From the NCBI GenBank assembly GCA_965216565.1, contig OZ244170.1:4192001-4256000 (forward strand): a stretch of 64,000 bases of DNA, in the 5' to 3' direction. Origin of the DNA: Bythopirellula sp. (GTDB lineage Bacteria > Planctomycetota > Planctomycetia > Pirellulales > Lacipirellulaceae). The notes below the pieces were generated by a model that was given only the letters and a program-made list of their open reading frames with translations, had not been told where the DNA came from and did no database searches. Within the stretch, counting starts at the first letter, position 1. Each line of letters begins with the position of its first letter. Positions 22,003-30,854 of the stretch are shown here, piece after piece. Both the position numbers and the translations under genes were made by a program.

Positions 22003-22740
22003 ATGAAACTTAGGGCACGGGCAATTCGTCTATCAAATTGGACGCCTTATCCCACAGCAAGGTTCATCTCACCAATGCAACGAGCCGCGTTAAATTTCGC
22101 CACTGCCATGGCGTTTGTGATCTTGGCAGACCAGGCTCAAGGCCAGAAGCCTGCGTCTACTAATTCCTACGCACAGGAGTTGCTAAGGTTCGATAGAAAT
22201 GGAAACGGCAAGCTAGACGAAGCCGAACGGGCAGCGTTGGCAGCAGAAAATGAGCCCGCTGAGTTACCCTTCTCGGGTTTGCCGCTGATTTGCGAAGGCG
22301 AGGCAACTGGCGCTGGCGGAGGCGGCGGTTCGAGCGTTTCGGAAATCGAAACACAAGTCGAAGCTCAATTGCCGGCAGGGTTGGGAAGGCAAGCGGTCTG
22401 GCGATTTCAACGTCATCCACTTCGGCAACCCGCGGGCGCGCCGCTTCGCGAACAGCCACCCCAGGAGCAAGCAGAGCTAGACGCCAACGACTATCAAGTT
22501 CAGACGCCTCCTATCGAGCAACCATCGAGCCCGCCGAGATCTGTAGGTCTTAGCAAGGCCGTTCAGTATCGTCTTCTTGCCAATCGGGAGCGTCAGCAAA
22601 CTCGGCCAACGCGTTTCCGGCAAGCCGCTGTCTTCGGAGCAACCATCGGGCTCTCGAAGCGCGAGCCTGCTCGATATCGGCCGGTGCAATCCTCGTGTTG
22701 CGGATGCACGCGAGTCGACATCTACATTCCCTACCGATAG
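22003..22740 (+). CDS. Hypothetical secreted protein with an EF-hand-like loop
   Basis: Signal-like segment, then FDRNGNGKLDEAE; true start uncertain. Confidence 0.5.
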   Translation: MKLRARAIRLSNWTPYPTARFISPMQRAALNFATAMAFVILADQAQGQKPASTNSYAQELLRFDRNGNGKLDEAERAALAAENEPAELPFSGLPLICEGEATGAGGGGGSSVSEIETQVEAQLPAGLGRQAVWRFQRHPLRQPAGAPLREQPPQEQAELDANDYQVQTPPIEQPSSPPRSVGLSKAVQYRLLANRERQQTRPTRFRQAAVFGATIGLSKREPARYRPVQSSCCGCTRVDIYIPYR

Positions 22741-23003
22741 GCTGAATGAGCCTGCATCGAAGCAAGACTTCGGCCATTGTGATATGTTGGGCATAGGCCC
22801 CCGGCGACTTATCAAGTCGCGGCGCGGCTCATCGTAACGCATTGCAAGATGGCACTTTGCGTTGCAAAGTCATTTAACTGTAATAAGTTGCGGTGTATCA
22901 GCTGTATTCAACAGTTATCACGAGGTCTCAGGAACTATCACCCTGATTGGCACACTGTGCCAATCAGGTTTTGGCTCGGCATCTCCGCAAAAGGAGATGC
23001 AGT

Positions 23004-24685
23004 ATGTCCTTTATCGATCCCCCTCTTTCGCCGAAGAATGGCAACATTCTCAACGTACTAATGATTTGCCGCGTCAGTAGTCCTGGCGAGGGTAAACAAC
23101 GAGAAGATTCGAACGCTGACCAAGAAGCTCGCTTGCGAGCCTATCTACAGCAGATTTGGTCGGGTCCTGTCGAAGTGCAGGTGATCGCCGGCACGGGCAG
23201 CGGAGAGGACGTTGAGCGGCAGGAATTGCACGAAGCCGAACTGGCAGTCGAAAACGGCGACATCGATCTCGTCCTCTGTGAAGATCTCAGCCGTATCTCC
23301 CGGCGTTACCATGCCCAAAGTTTCTGTGAGCTAGCCGGGACCATGATACTCGAGTGATTGCCGTCCATGGAGACGTCGATACCGGAAGAGCCAATTGGCA
23401 AATGTCGGCAGGATTTAGTTTTATGCGTCATGAGCTGTACAACGCTGATACTTCAAAGCGTATCCAGCGGAGCCACCAAAACCTGTTCGATCAGGGCGGC
23501 ATGTGCCAGCACCTCATCTACGGGTACCGTAAAGAACCTGGTAGTAAGACTGACGATGCGATGAGTAAGGACCCTGGGGCCGAGCCGATCTATCGCGAGT
23601 GGTTCGACAAACTCAAGGGAGGTGCTTCCTTTGCGGAAGTCGCCGACTGGCTTAATGAGCAGGGAGTGCCCGTCGGTCCACTATGCAGGGGTTCTAAATG
23701 GGATGGCACGATGGTAGGCCGGGTCACACGGAATCCACTCCTAAAGGGTCTCCGCGAGCGCAATCGCAAGATGAGCAGGCGCGTCAACAAGTCGGGCAAG
23801 TATCGAGCCGTGGCAGCACCGCCTGAAATGCTCCGGACTCGTGAGTGCCCGCATTTGGCATTCCTAGAGCCTGATCTGTTTGACGAAGTGAACGAGCTGC
23901 TCAAAGTGCGCAATGAAAACCATCGTCGCGCTAAAGAAGGGATTTCTGATCCACGCAAAGGCGTTCCCAAAAAGCGGACCCAGTGGCCGGCCCAGCAGGT
24001 CTGCTGTGGCGTCTGTGGCCGGATCATGACTTGCCAGGGCAAGAAAGATCGACGTACTCTAGTGTGTAGCGGTGCGGCTAGCTATCGATGCTGGAACTCT
24101 GTCAGCTTGAATCTCAACATTGCTGGTGAGAAGTTGGTAGGGGCGATTGCAGCAGCGATCGGTCAGTTGCCTGGCTACGACGCAGCGTTGGCGGCTACTG
24201 TCGAGAGGCAAACTGAGCAGGTTCTATCGACTCGCAACCAACGGCACCGGCAGTTAGGTGGGGAGATTACTGATGCCAAGCGTCAGCTAGATAATCTTAC
24301 CGAAGCTCTCGCTCAGAGCGGTGGAAGCGCCGTATTGCGAGAGAAGCTCGCCGATTGCAAGCCGGTCCGATCAAACTATTCGGCTGAGTTCGTCGTAAAT
24401 CTCATCGATCCACCGCAACCGGAACGATATCGCCAGCTGATCTGGGAGCTATCGCAAGGCGAGAATTACCTAAAGGAGCGTGAAATCGCCACGCAGGTTG
24501 GTGTTACCCAGCCGGTGGTCCAACGGGCCAAGAAACTACACCGCCGCATGATCAAAGCAGGCCTGACTGACGGGTATGTTCCCGTCAAGGAAGTGCCAGC
24601 AGGGCGGAGTCGCTTGCGGCGCCACAAACACAAGCGGTACCGGTTCGAACCGTTAGTAGATTTTCCAAAAGACTGGCCGAGCTGA
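23004..24685 (+). pseudogene. Large serine recombinase (integrase), split by a frameshift near 23338
   Basis: AAGGAG RBS; catalytic CRVSS and EDLSRISR motifs in the first frame; -1 frame continues DHDTRVIAVHGDVDT into the recombinase domain (YGY, A.WLN..G, NPLLKG) and zinc ribbon (CGVCG...C...C). Confidence 0.8.
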
Positions 24686-24724
24686 TAGGCTTGACCACTA
24701 CAGTATTCGTTAATCAGTTTTCGC

Positions 24725-24756
24725 ACCCGTGTTGGCCAGGCCACGCGGGTTTTTTT
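24725..24756 (+). terminator. Terminator-like hairpin after the recombinase
   Basis: ACCCGTGTTGGCC-A-GGCCACGCGGGT followed by a T run. Confidence 0.55.
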
Positions 24757-24773
24757 ATGGAGGTACGTCAACA

Positions 24774-24965
24774 ATGAAACATTCGAATCGGCAGACGAAA
24801 CCCACGAAGGATTCGTCCAAGGCGACAAGGGCTATTTGGGAACCGGATCGTCCTCTCGGCAAACTAGTTCAATTAATCGCCAGACAGATAGCGGTAGATG
24901 CCGTGCGAGAGCAACTAGGCGGACCAGATGGCACAGGAAGTAGTAGTGAAAATCGTCGTAGATAA
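24774..24965 (+). CDS. Small hypothetical protein of the mobile element (63 aa)
   Basis: GGAGG RBS at 24759-24763; amphipathic LGKLVQLIARQIAVDAVRE. Confidence 0.5.
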   Translation: MKHSNRQTKPTKDSSKATRAIWEPDRPLGKLVQLIARQIAVDAVREQLGGPDGTGSSSENRRR

Positions 24966-25196
24966 GACGTAAGCGCGTAGCGAGCGATTGGCATTGGTTT
25001 GCAGCTGGTGCTAGGTATTCGTTTTCGCGTCCTAAACCCACCGCGATTTTGCGTCATAAAGATATGGTGAAGGTTTAGCTTTTAGGGCTTTCACTCTCTC
25101 GATAGCTCGGTGATCTCGCCGAGCCGTTTCTTTCTCACACCATTCTCGCCGTAGCGGACCATAGCGGGTCGAACTACGGTTTTCCAAGGAGATTCT

Positions 25197-25334
25197 ATGT
25201 TCGAGATGCTCTGCACCGTGCTAGCCCTAGGGTTAGCGGCGGCGATCTTTGCCTTGTGTCGAGAAGTCCGCCTGCGAAAGGCGCTCACTCGACTGTTGAA
25301 CTTGATCCTAAAACATTGGCGGAACCATGAATGA
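25197..25334 (+). CDS. Small membrane protein, 45 aa (not in the ORF track)
   Basis: AAGGAG RBS; MFEMLCTVLALGLAAAIFALCREVRLRKALTRLLNLILKHWRNHE; stop overlaps the next start. Confidence 0.6.
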   Translation: MFEMLCTVLALGLAAAIFALCREVRLRKALTRLLNLILKHWRNHE

Positions 25335-25884
25335 ACTTATAGTAACCAAGCTGATGACAACTACCCTGATGACACTTTGGCTTACCGGCTGTTGTGGTGA
25401 TCGAGTGAGTAGCGTCGTCCGGGAAGCGGCCGATCGACAGGCCGAGCAGAATCAGTCGATGGCCCAGCTGCAAAGGGAAGTAGCCGAGGGTACGCGGCAG
25501 CTGGTCGAAGCAGATGCCCAGTCTAGAACCGAAATAATTGGCGTGCACCGAGATTTACAGACGGAACGAATTCGACTTGATAATTCGTGGGACCAGTTGC
25601 AGCGAGAGCGGCGCAGCGACTCGCTTCTTATATCGATGATTCCAACAGTTGGTGCAGTGGTCGTCGTTTGTCTCCTACTAGGTTTCTGTTGGCAGGCCCT
25701 GTTTCGAGCCCACGGCGAAGATGTGTCGCAGGCTGAGCTCAGTAGCCTGCTCGTCGAAGAGCTTGTTGGCGAGTCGCAACTACTGCTGCAATCGGATAGC
25801 CAATTGCTTGCAGAAGGTGGCAACCCTCCGGACGAACAATCTCTAAACGACGAGCTCTCGGATGAAGGCTCACCCGAGAGTTGA
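25327..25884 (+). CDS. Hypothetical lipoprotein/membrane protein with a coiled coil
   Basis: LTGC lipobox-like motif, Q/E/R-rich coiled coil, TM helix, acidic tail. Confidence 0.65.
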   Translation: MNELIVTKLMTTTLMTLWLTGCCGDRVSSVVREAADRQAEQNQSMAQLQREVAEGTRQLVEADAQSRTEIIGVHRDLQTERIRLDNSWDQLQRERRSDSLLISMIPTVGAVVVVCLLLGFCWQALFRAHGEDVSQAELSSLLVEELVGESQLLLQSDSQLLAEGGNPPDEQSLNDELSDEGSPES

Positions 25885-26003
25885 TAGCTAGTTCTCATCG
25901 CCTAACTCTCACTCTCTATGGGCGAGTTCTTTGTGTTTTATCGGGCGTTACCGGTGTAGGTAGCGTCTGTTTACCCCTCTGACTTTTGAAAAGGAGTACG
26001 AAT

Positions 26004-26228
26004 ATGAAAGTCTTGGTGATCAACAACGACGGAGGTGGCTTTGCCGACTACTTGGACCTCTCCCATGGCACCACGGTGCGAGAACTGTTTGAGCGACAAG
26101 TGGGGTCGTCCAACTCGAGAGACTATCTCATCCGGGTCAATCGGCAACATGCCGCCTCGGGGCAGATTCTCTGCGAAGGAGACCGGGTCTCGATCACTCC
26201 CACCAAGATCCACGGTGCACACTGCTAA
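26004..26228 (+). CDS. Ubiquitin-like (beta-grasp, ThiS/MoaD-related) protein
   Basis: AAGGAG RBS; 74 aa; [35 protein letters not shown] beta-grasp pattern; context with E1, E2 and JAB. Confidence 0.8.
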   Translation: MKVLVINNDGGGFADYLDLSHGTTVRELFERQVGSSNSRDYLIRVNRQHAASGQILCEGDRVSITPTKIHGAHC

Positions 26229-26263
26229 ATAAGCAATAGATCTACAAAGCGACTCTTCCAAGT

Positions 26264-26303
26264 GGGTCACTGGGCAGTCATGCCTGGTGGCCCTCGTTTT
26301 TTT
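26264..26303 (+). terminator. Intra-operon terminator-like hairpin between the Ubl and E2 genes
   Basis: GGGTCACTGGGCA 26264-26276 pairs with TGCCTGGTGGCCC 26281-26293 (G-U pairs); T7 at 26297-26303. Confidence 0.55.
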
Positions 26304-26334
26304 GAACCCTTCCTCAACAAGGAGACTCGACTCG

Positions 26335-27258
26335 ATGAATCGACACATTAGTTCACTAGCCCGAGCGGTGGTTATTATCCACCAGGCATTGGTCCAACGG
26401 CACGAGCCGCAGCGCTGGCCCGAGCTTCCTGGCAGCTGCTGGCACAGAGCTCTCAAACTGCTGGAGCGTTCCCAGAGGGCCAGGTGCCGCAACTGGATCC
26501 TGGCAGCGGATCGACTGGCTCGAGAATTTCACGGGGCTCTAGGCACCCTCGTATCGCAGCTCACTGAGCTGCAGCAAGCGGAAGAACAGCCAGCGACTAG
26601 TCTCCGCTCGAGCAGCTATCGAGACGTCTACCGAGACCTGACCGAACTAACTAGAGAATTCGCTACGGTCAAGTACGAATCGTCTCATCACCAACTAAGG
26701 ATTAGTACTGAGCCGATCGAGCTAAACGGCATCTATCTGGGGCCCTTCGAGATTAGGTTGGACCTCGGTCGCCTCGATGACACCCCGGCATATCGCGTCG
26801 TGGCTCTGGAGCCCAATCCGGCCGCCTCTTGTGAAGAGGTGACCCATCCGCATGTGCTAAATGAGCTGCTGTGCGAGGGCGAAGGCCGGCTGGCGATCAA
26901 TCGCGCCCTCGCTGAGGGCCGCTTGCTCGACTTCTTTCAGCTAATCGCCGGTGTACTGCGGACCTACAACGACGAGAGCCCTTATATGGAGCTCTCTAAC
27001 TGGGACAGTCAGCCGTGCCATGGCTGTGGGGTGCTAGTGCACCCTGAGCAGGGGGATGGCTGCTCAGACTGCGAGTCGTGGCTTTGCTACGAGTGTGAAG
27101 CAACTTGCTCGAGTTGTGGAGAAGGACACTGCCATCAGTGCCTTCGATCCTGTGGCCGCTGCGAGGAACCGTTTTGCGCGAAGTGCCTTAAAACCTGCTC
27201 AGGCTGTCTGGAGCAGGTCTGTAACAGTTGTTTAATCCCAGACGCAAGGGTGTGGTGA
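26335..27258 (+). CDS. Prokaryotic E2 (UBC-like) conjugating enzyme with a C-terminal poly-CxxC zinc-binding array; probable frameshift at the 3' end
   Basis: THPHV-x4-LCEG resembles the E2 HPN...C active-site motif, then helix and YNDESPY; nine CxxC pairs, with a tenth (CGEC) in the +1 frame from 27251. Confidence 0.7.
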   Translation: MNRHISSLARAVVIIHQALVQRHEPQRWPELPGSCWHRALKLLERSQRARCRNWILAADRLAREFHGALGTLVSQLTELQQAEEQPATSLRSSSYRDVYRDLTELTREFATVKYESSHHQLRISTEPIELNGIYLGPFEIRLDLGRLDDTPAYRVVALEPNPAASCEEVTHPHVLNELLCEGEGRLAINRALAEGRLLDFFQLIAGVLRTYNDESPYMELSNWDSQPCHGCGVLVHPEQGDGCSDCESWLCYECEATCSSCGEGHCHQCLRSCGRCEEPFCAKCLKTCSGCLEQVCNSCLIPDARVW

Positions 27259-27263
27259 ATGCT

Positions 27264-28022
27264 ATGAAGAAAATCAAGAGTCAACCAAATCCGTCTCTAC
27301 GGTTCTCTCCCACCGCCTGGGCCAAGCTGCAGTATCTCCGTGATGCAGGGGATACCGAAATCGGCGGTTTCGGGATCGCCTGCTCCGAGGATCTCTTGTT
27401 GATCGAGGATGTGGTGCTCGTTGACCAGCGGTGCAGTGTGGTGGAAGTTGAACTGGAGGACTCGGCGGTCGCGGATTTTTTCGATGGCCAGGTCGACCAA
27501 GGTCGACAACCGGAAGAATTTGCGCGGGTCTGGATTCATACCCATCCGGGTAGTTCGGCTCAGCCTAGTACGACTGACGAAGAGACCTTTAGCAGAGTGT
27601 TTGGCGGTGCGGACTGGGCGGTGATGTTTATCCTCGCTCGTGACGGTCAGGCCTACGCCAGGCTTCGCTATCACATGGGGCCGGGGGCAGAGATAGAGCT
27701 AGCCGTCGAGATCGACTATAGCTTGTCGTTCGCTGGCTCCGAGCATGAGCTATGGCAGGCGGAGTACGAGCGGTGCGTCCGCAGGAAAGTTCAGCCGGTC
27801 GTCGGCAAGCGGAGTCAGCCGCTGCTCAATTCTGAGGGTAGGCGTCTCACCGACCCGTGGCCTGCCGAGCAGGGGTCGGTCATCAACTGGGATGCCGAGG
27901 ATTGGCTCGATGGCAAACTCTTGCACCAAGACGATTGGCCTGTCGACTTGTACTACGACGCTTGGCTCGACTACGTGGATCCAGCGGAATTCCCACAGGA
28001 GGCAAGTCATGCCGACTACTAA
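27264..28022 (+). CDS. JAB/MPN (JAMM) metallopeptidase
   Basis: Upstream Glu (TEIGGFG) and [14 protein letters not shown], matching HxH-x7-S-x2-D. Confidence 0.88.
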   Translation: MKKIKSQPNPSLRFSPTAWAKLQYLRDAGDTEIGGFGIACSEDLLLIEDVVLVDQRCSVVEVELEDSAVADFFDGQVDQGRQPEEFARVWIHTHPGSSAQPSTTDEETFSRVFGGADWAVMFILARDGQAYARLRYHMGPGAEIELAVEIDYSLSFAGSEHELWQAEYERCVRRKVQPVVGKRSQPLLNSEGRRLTDPWPAEQGSVINWDAEDWLDGKLLHQDDWPVDLYYDAWLDYVDPAEFPQEASHADY

Positions 28023-28680
28023 CGAGGACCGTTTTATCAGGCAACAGGAATTGGTTCCAGCAGATAAGTTGAAAACACTGCTGGTGACGGTAATCGGCGC
28101 GGGCGCTATTGGCCGCCAAGTCGCATTGCAACTGGCGGCTCTTGGTGTTCGCCATTTACAGCTTGTAGATCATGACGTGGTGGATGCGACCAATGTCACC
28201 ACGCAAGGCTATCTGGCCAGTGACATCGATCGGGCGAAGGTCGCAGCGACTGCAGAAGCCATTGCATTACTGGACGCGGACATTGAGGTGATTCAAGTCC
28301 AGGATCGTTTTCGGTCGCGACTGGATGTAGCCGAGGTGGCGTTTTGTTGCGTCGATTCGATTAGTGTGCGTCAAGCGATCTGGCGCTCCGTCGCTAGCCG
28401 CATACAGTTCTGGGGCGATGGGCGGATGCTCGGCGAGACGATGCGTGTTCTGGTAACGACCGACCTGGTTAGTCGTGACCACTACCCGACGACACTGTTT
28501 AGTGAACAGGAAGCACAAGTCGGCCGCTGTACGGCACGTAGCACCATCTACTCGGCTAATATAGCCGCAGGGCTACTGGTGCATCAATTCGTGCGCTATC
28601 TGCGCACTCAGCCAGTTGATGCTGATCTCACGCTTAACTTGCTGGCTAGTGAGTTGAGCGTGGTTGACTCTGAAACTTAA
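28009..28680 (+). CDS. E1-like ThiF/MoeB family adenylyltransferase
   Basis: [37 protein letters not shown], candidate catalytic Cys in GRCTARST. Confidence 0.9.
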   Translation: MPTTNEDRFIRQQELVPADKLKTLLVTVIGAGAIGRQVALQLAALGVRHLQLVDHDVVDATNVTTQGYLASDIDRAKVAATAEAIALLDADIEVIQVQDRFRSRLDVAEVAFCCVDSISVRQAIWRSVASRIQFWGDGRMLGETMRVLVTTDLVSRDHYPTTLFSEQEAQVGRCTARSTIYSANIAAGLLVHQFVRYLRTQPVDADLTLNLLASELSVVDSET

Positions 28681-28733
28681 CCACAGTTGGCGGACTCCAA
28701 GTGAGATCCGCTTCATGTCAAATTTCTAACAGT

Positions 28734-28768
28734 GAGGCGGCTACCGAGAACGGTAGCCGCCTCTTTTT
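28734..28768 (+). terminator. Rho-independent terminator after the E1 gene
   Basis: Perfect 13-bp stem GAGGCGGCTACCG-AGAA-CGGTAGCCGCCTC followed by TTTTT. Confidence 0.75.
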
Positions 28769-28788
28769 ATTAACAAAGGAGAACCGTA

Positions 28789-28968
28789 ATGACTCAGCTA
28801 GATATCGATAGAGCGGTGGCCACCGCTACCGGAGAAAGCCTCTACGAAATCAGTCACCGGGGGTTTGGGATAGCAGACCCTCTGGAGGTAAGGCACGACC
28901 CAGAGCCTCACTGTTCCCGAGGACTCTGCCGTGACAGTTGCGATGTTGCGCATTGTTCTAACAAATAG
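28789..28968 (+). CDS. Small hypothetical protein, 59 aa (not in the ORF track), possibly truncated
   Basis: AAAGGAG RBS; MTQLDIDRAVATATGESLYEISHRGFGIADPLEVRHDPEP... Confidence 0.5.
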   Translation: MTQLDIDRAVATATGESLYEISHRGFGIADPLEVRHDPEPHCSRGLCRDSCDVAHCSNK

Positions 28969-28980
28969 GTAGTCTCGAAA

Positions 28981-29018
28981 GGGGGATTTGCGATTTGCAA
29001 ATCCCCCCCCTTTTTTTT
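28981..29018 (+). terminator. Rho-independent terminator
   Basis: GGGGGATTTGC-GATTT-GCAAATCCCCC followed by T8. Confidence 0.7.
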
Positions 29019-29387
29019 AGCTATCAGCGCTTTCCAGATTCGTGGGACTCGATATTCGCTCCGATTTACCAATTCAACTTGCGGAACACACTCCTGTTTC
29101 GCGCGAGTTCAAAATCTTAAGCTTGAGTCTTCAGGCCGGCTACATGAATCTTCACCCCGCTTATGATCCAAGCGAAGTACGAAAGTTTGCGGTGGTCTAC
29201 ATTTTGAAAGGAGCCAAGTAACGAAATAAAGGCTAGCATTAAAGTGCATCGCCTTTTCTGCTTCATCCATAAGCCTAATGCTATCGCTTCTAGAAAATTC
29301 CGCACTCGGTTCGAATCCGTTCCCGGCCATTCTATCAGACACTTATCGAGACTTCACGTTGGTCTACTCCAGGGGAATCTGGCATAA

Positions 29388-30041
29388 CTACCGTCGCCAA
29401 CTAGCTCGCTCTACGTTGCCAGGGGAACCAGCTTGCACCTGGTCATGGGCAAAGTAGAAGACTCGAAGTCGAACAGTGTCGCTCAGGAAATCGATTTCGC
29501 CCAGCTCGATGCGGCTAATCTTTAACCCTGTGCGGGCCTCCAAGTCCTGAATCAGCTCTTTATGCTTTTCAGGCTTAATAAGCTCAATGTTCTCGTAGCG
29601 AACTTTCTCTTCCAACTCGTGGCGTAGCAGTGGTGTTTGTTCCAGAAAAGCGGCTAATCCGAAAATCAGACCGTTCGTCACGAAGATTTCTGCATAGCTC
29701 ATATTCTTATTTGCCAAGGCATTGATCACTCCGATGCCAATGACTATGAACAGATAGGTCATTTCCCGAATCGGAATTGGATCCGTGCGGTACCGTAAGA
29801 TGCCAAAGATAGCGAACAGCCCGAGCGCCATGCCTAAGTCCAATTCAAACTTCTTCAAAGTGAAGCAGATAAAGAAGACGAGCACGTTGAGCATGCAGTA
29901 ACCGAAAATATAATCTTTGATACCGGAGTTCTTGTAATAGACACCCCGTACGATAAGAGCCAGGAAGAAACCATTGATTAGAAACCGCACGAGCAACTTG
30001 AGGATGTCGTCGTCGTACAGGGGGATATCGAGAAACTCCAT
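29388..30041 (-). CDS. DUF4956 domain membrane protein
   Basis: LGLFAIFGILRYRTDPIPIREMTYLF signature; adjacent to a VTC gene. Confidence 0.85.
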   Translation of the reverse strand: MEFLDIPLYDDDILKLLVRFLINGFFLALIVRGVYYKNSGIKDYIFGYCMLNVLVFFICFTLKKFELDLGMALGLFAIFGILRYRTDPIPIREMTYLFIVIGIGVINALANKNMSYAEIFVTNGLIFGLAAFLEQTPLLRHELEEKVRYENIELIKPEKHKELIQDLEARTGLKISRIELGEIDFLSDTVRLRVFYFAHDQVQAGSPGNVERASWRR

Positions 30042-30056
30042 AGCGGTTTTACTCTC

Positions 30057-30803
30057 TTAAGCAAGTTTCTGAATGGCTCTTAACTTTGACTTGAATCGGT
30101 TCGACTTAAGTTCCGGGTTAAGCAAGTGGGTGCCCAGGCAGTACTTACTTACCCTGAGCGGTCGCACTTTGTGAATGCGAAGCTGCTGGCGAATCGAGGA
30201 GTGACGCGAATCTTTTTTCTGTTTTACCTCTGCGATCACTACCCCAGGGAGTTTGCACAGACGTTGGTCGGTACGAAACTCAACGTTGCAGTCGAGTGTA
30301 ACTCGTTCCGTACAATTTGCGTCGACAAGAGTGATGCGGGAAAATTTGGTCCATAGCTTAGGCTTCAGATCGAGGCCTTTCCCAACTTGATTGTTCAAAA
30401 AGTCCTGGGCGTCTTCGGAAAATGATTCTTCGATTGCAGGAATTGCCATCCGGCTTTTGACTGTCCGCCCTTTATTATTTTTTTGTTTGATCTCAAAGAA
30501 ACAATCGCCTGTCGAATGATATTCGCGCATCCGATACTTATGGCGATTAAGCCTGCCGTTGTGATGCTGTAAGTAACAGTCGAATTGAGGGCTGTCAAAA
30601 TAGAGACTCGAATAGCAAGTATAGTGAGTATTGTCGAAAGACAAGGCTCGGTAGGCTGGACGGATGTTTTCAAGCAAAGTCGGTAAATCTTCCTCACTAA
30701 ACACGTACTTTGTGTCAACGCGATTCATGAGTGTGACACCATCCAATTCAGCCAGGCTGACTGGCTGTATCGACTGGAGAGCATTGGTCGAGGTTGAATT
30801 CAC
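30057..30803 (-). CDS. VTC-domain (polyphosphate polymerase / CYTH-like) protein
   Basis: LMNRVDTKY, SLYFDS, RHKYRMREY, FEIKQK, ERVTLD, IAEVK, SKYC. Confidence 0.85.
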   Translation of the reverse strand: MNSTSTNALQSIQPVSLAELDGVTLMNRVDTKYVFSEEDLPTLLENIRPAYRALSFDNTHYTCYSSLYFDSPQFDCYLQHHNGRLNRHKYRMREYHSTGDCFFEIKQKNNKGRTVKSRMAIPAIEESFSEDAQDFLNNQVGKGLDLKPKLWTKFSRITLVDANCTERVTLDCNVEFRTDQRLCKLPGVVIAEVKQKKDSRHSSIRQQLRIHKVRPLRVSKYCLGTHLLNPELKSNRFKSKLRAIQKLA

Positions 30804-30854
30804 TTTAGTCTTTAGGCAGAGCCACGGGGCTGGGCTGAATGGTAGTGGATTTTG

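Noticed and set aside
27745..28008. N-terminal extension of the E1 ORF in the track
   Set aside because: Lies inside the JAB gene; a strong AGGAGG RBS supports ATG 28009
26004..28680. MoaD/ThiS plus MoeB/ThiF sulfur-carrier pathway for cofactor biosynthesis
   Set aside because: No moaE, thiG or cysteine-synthase neighbours, no GG terminus, and an E2-like gene is present; less likely, though not formally excluded
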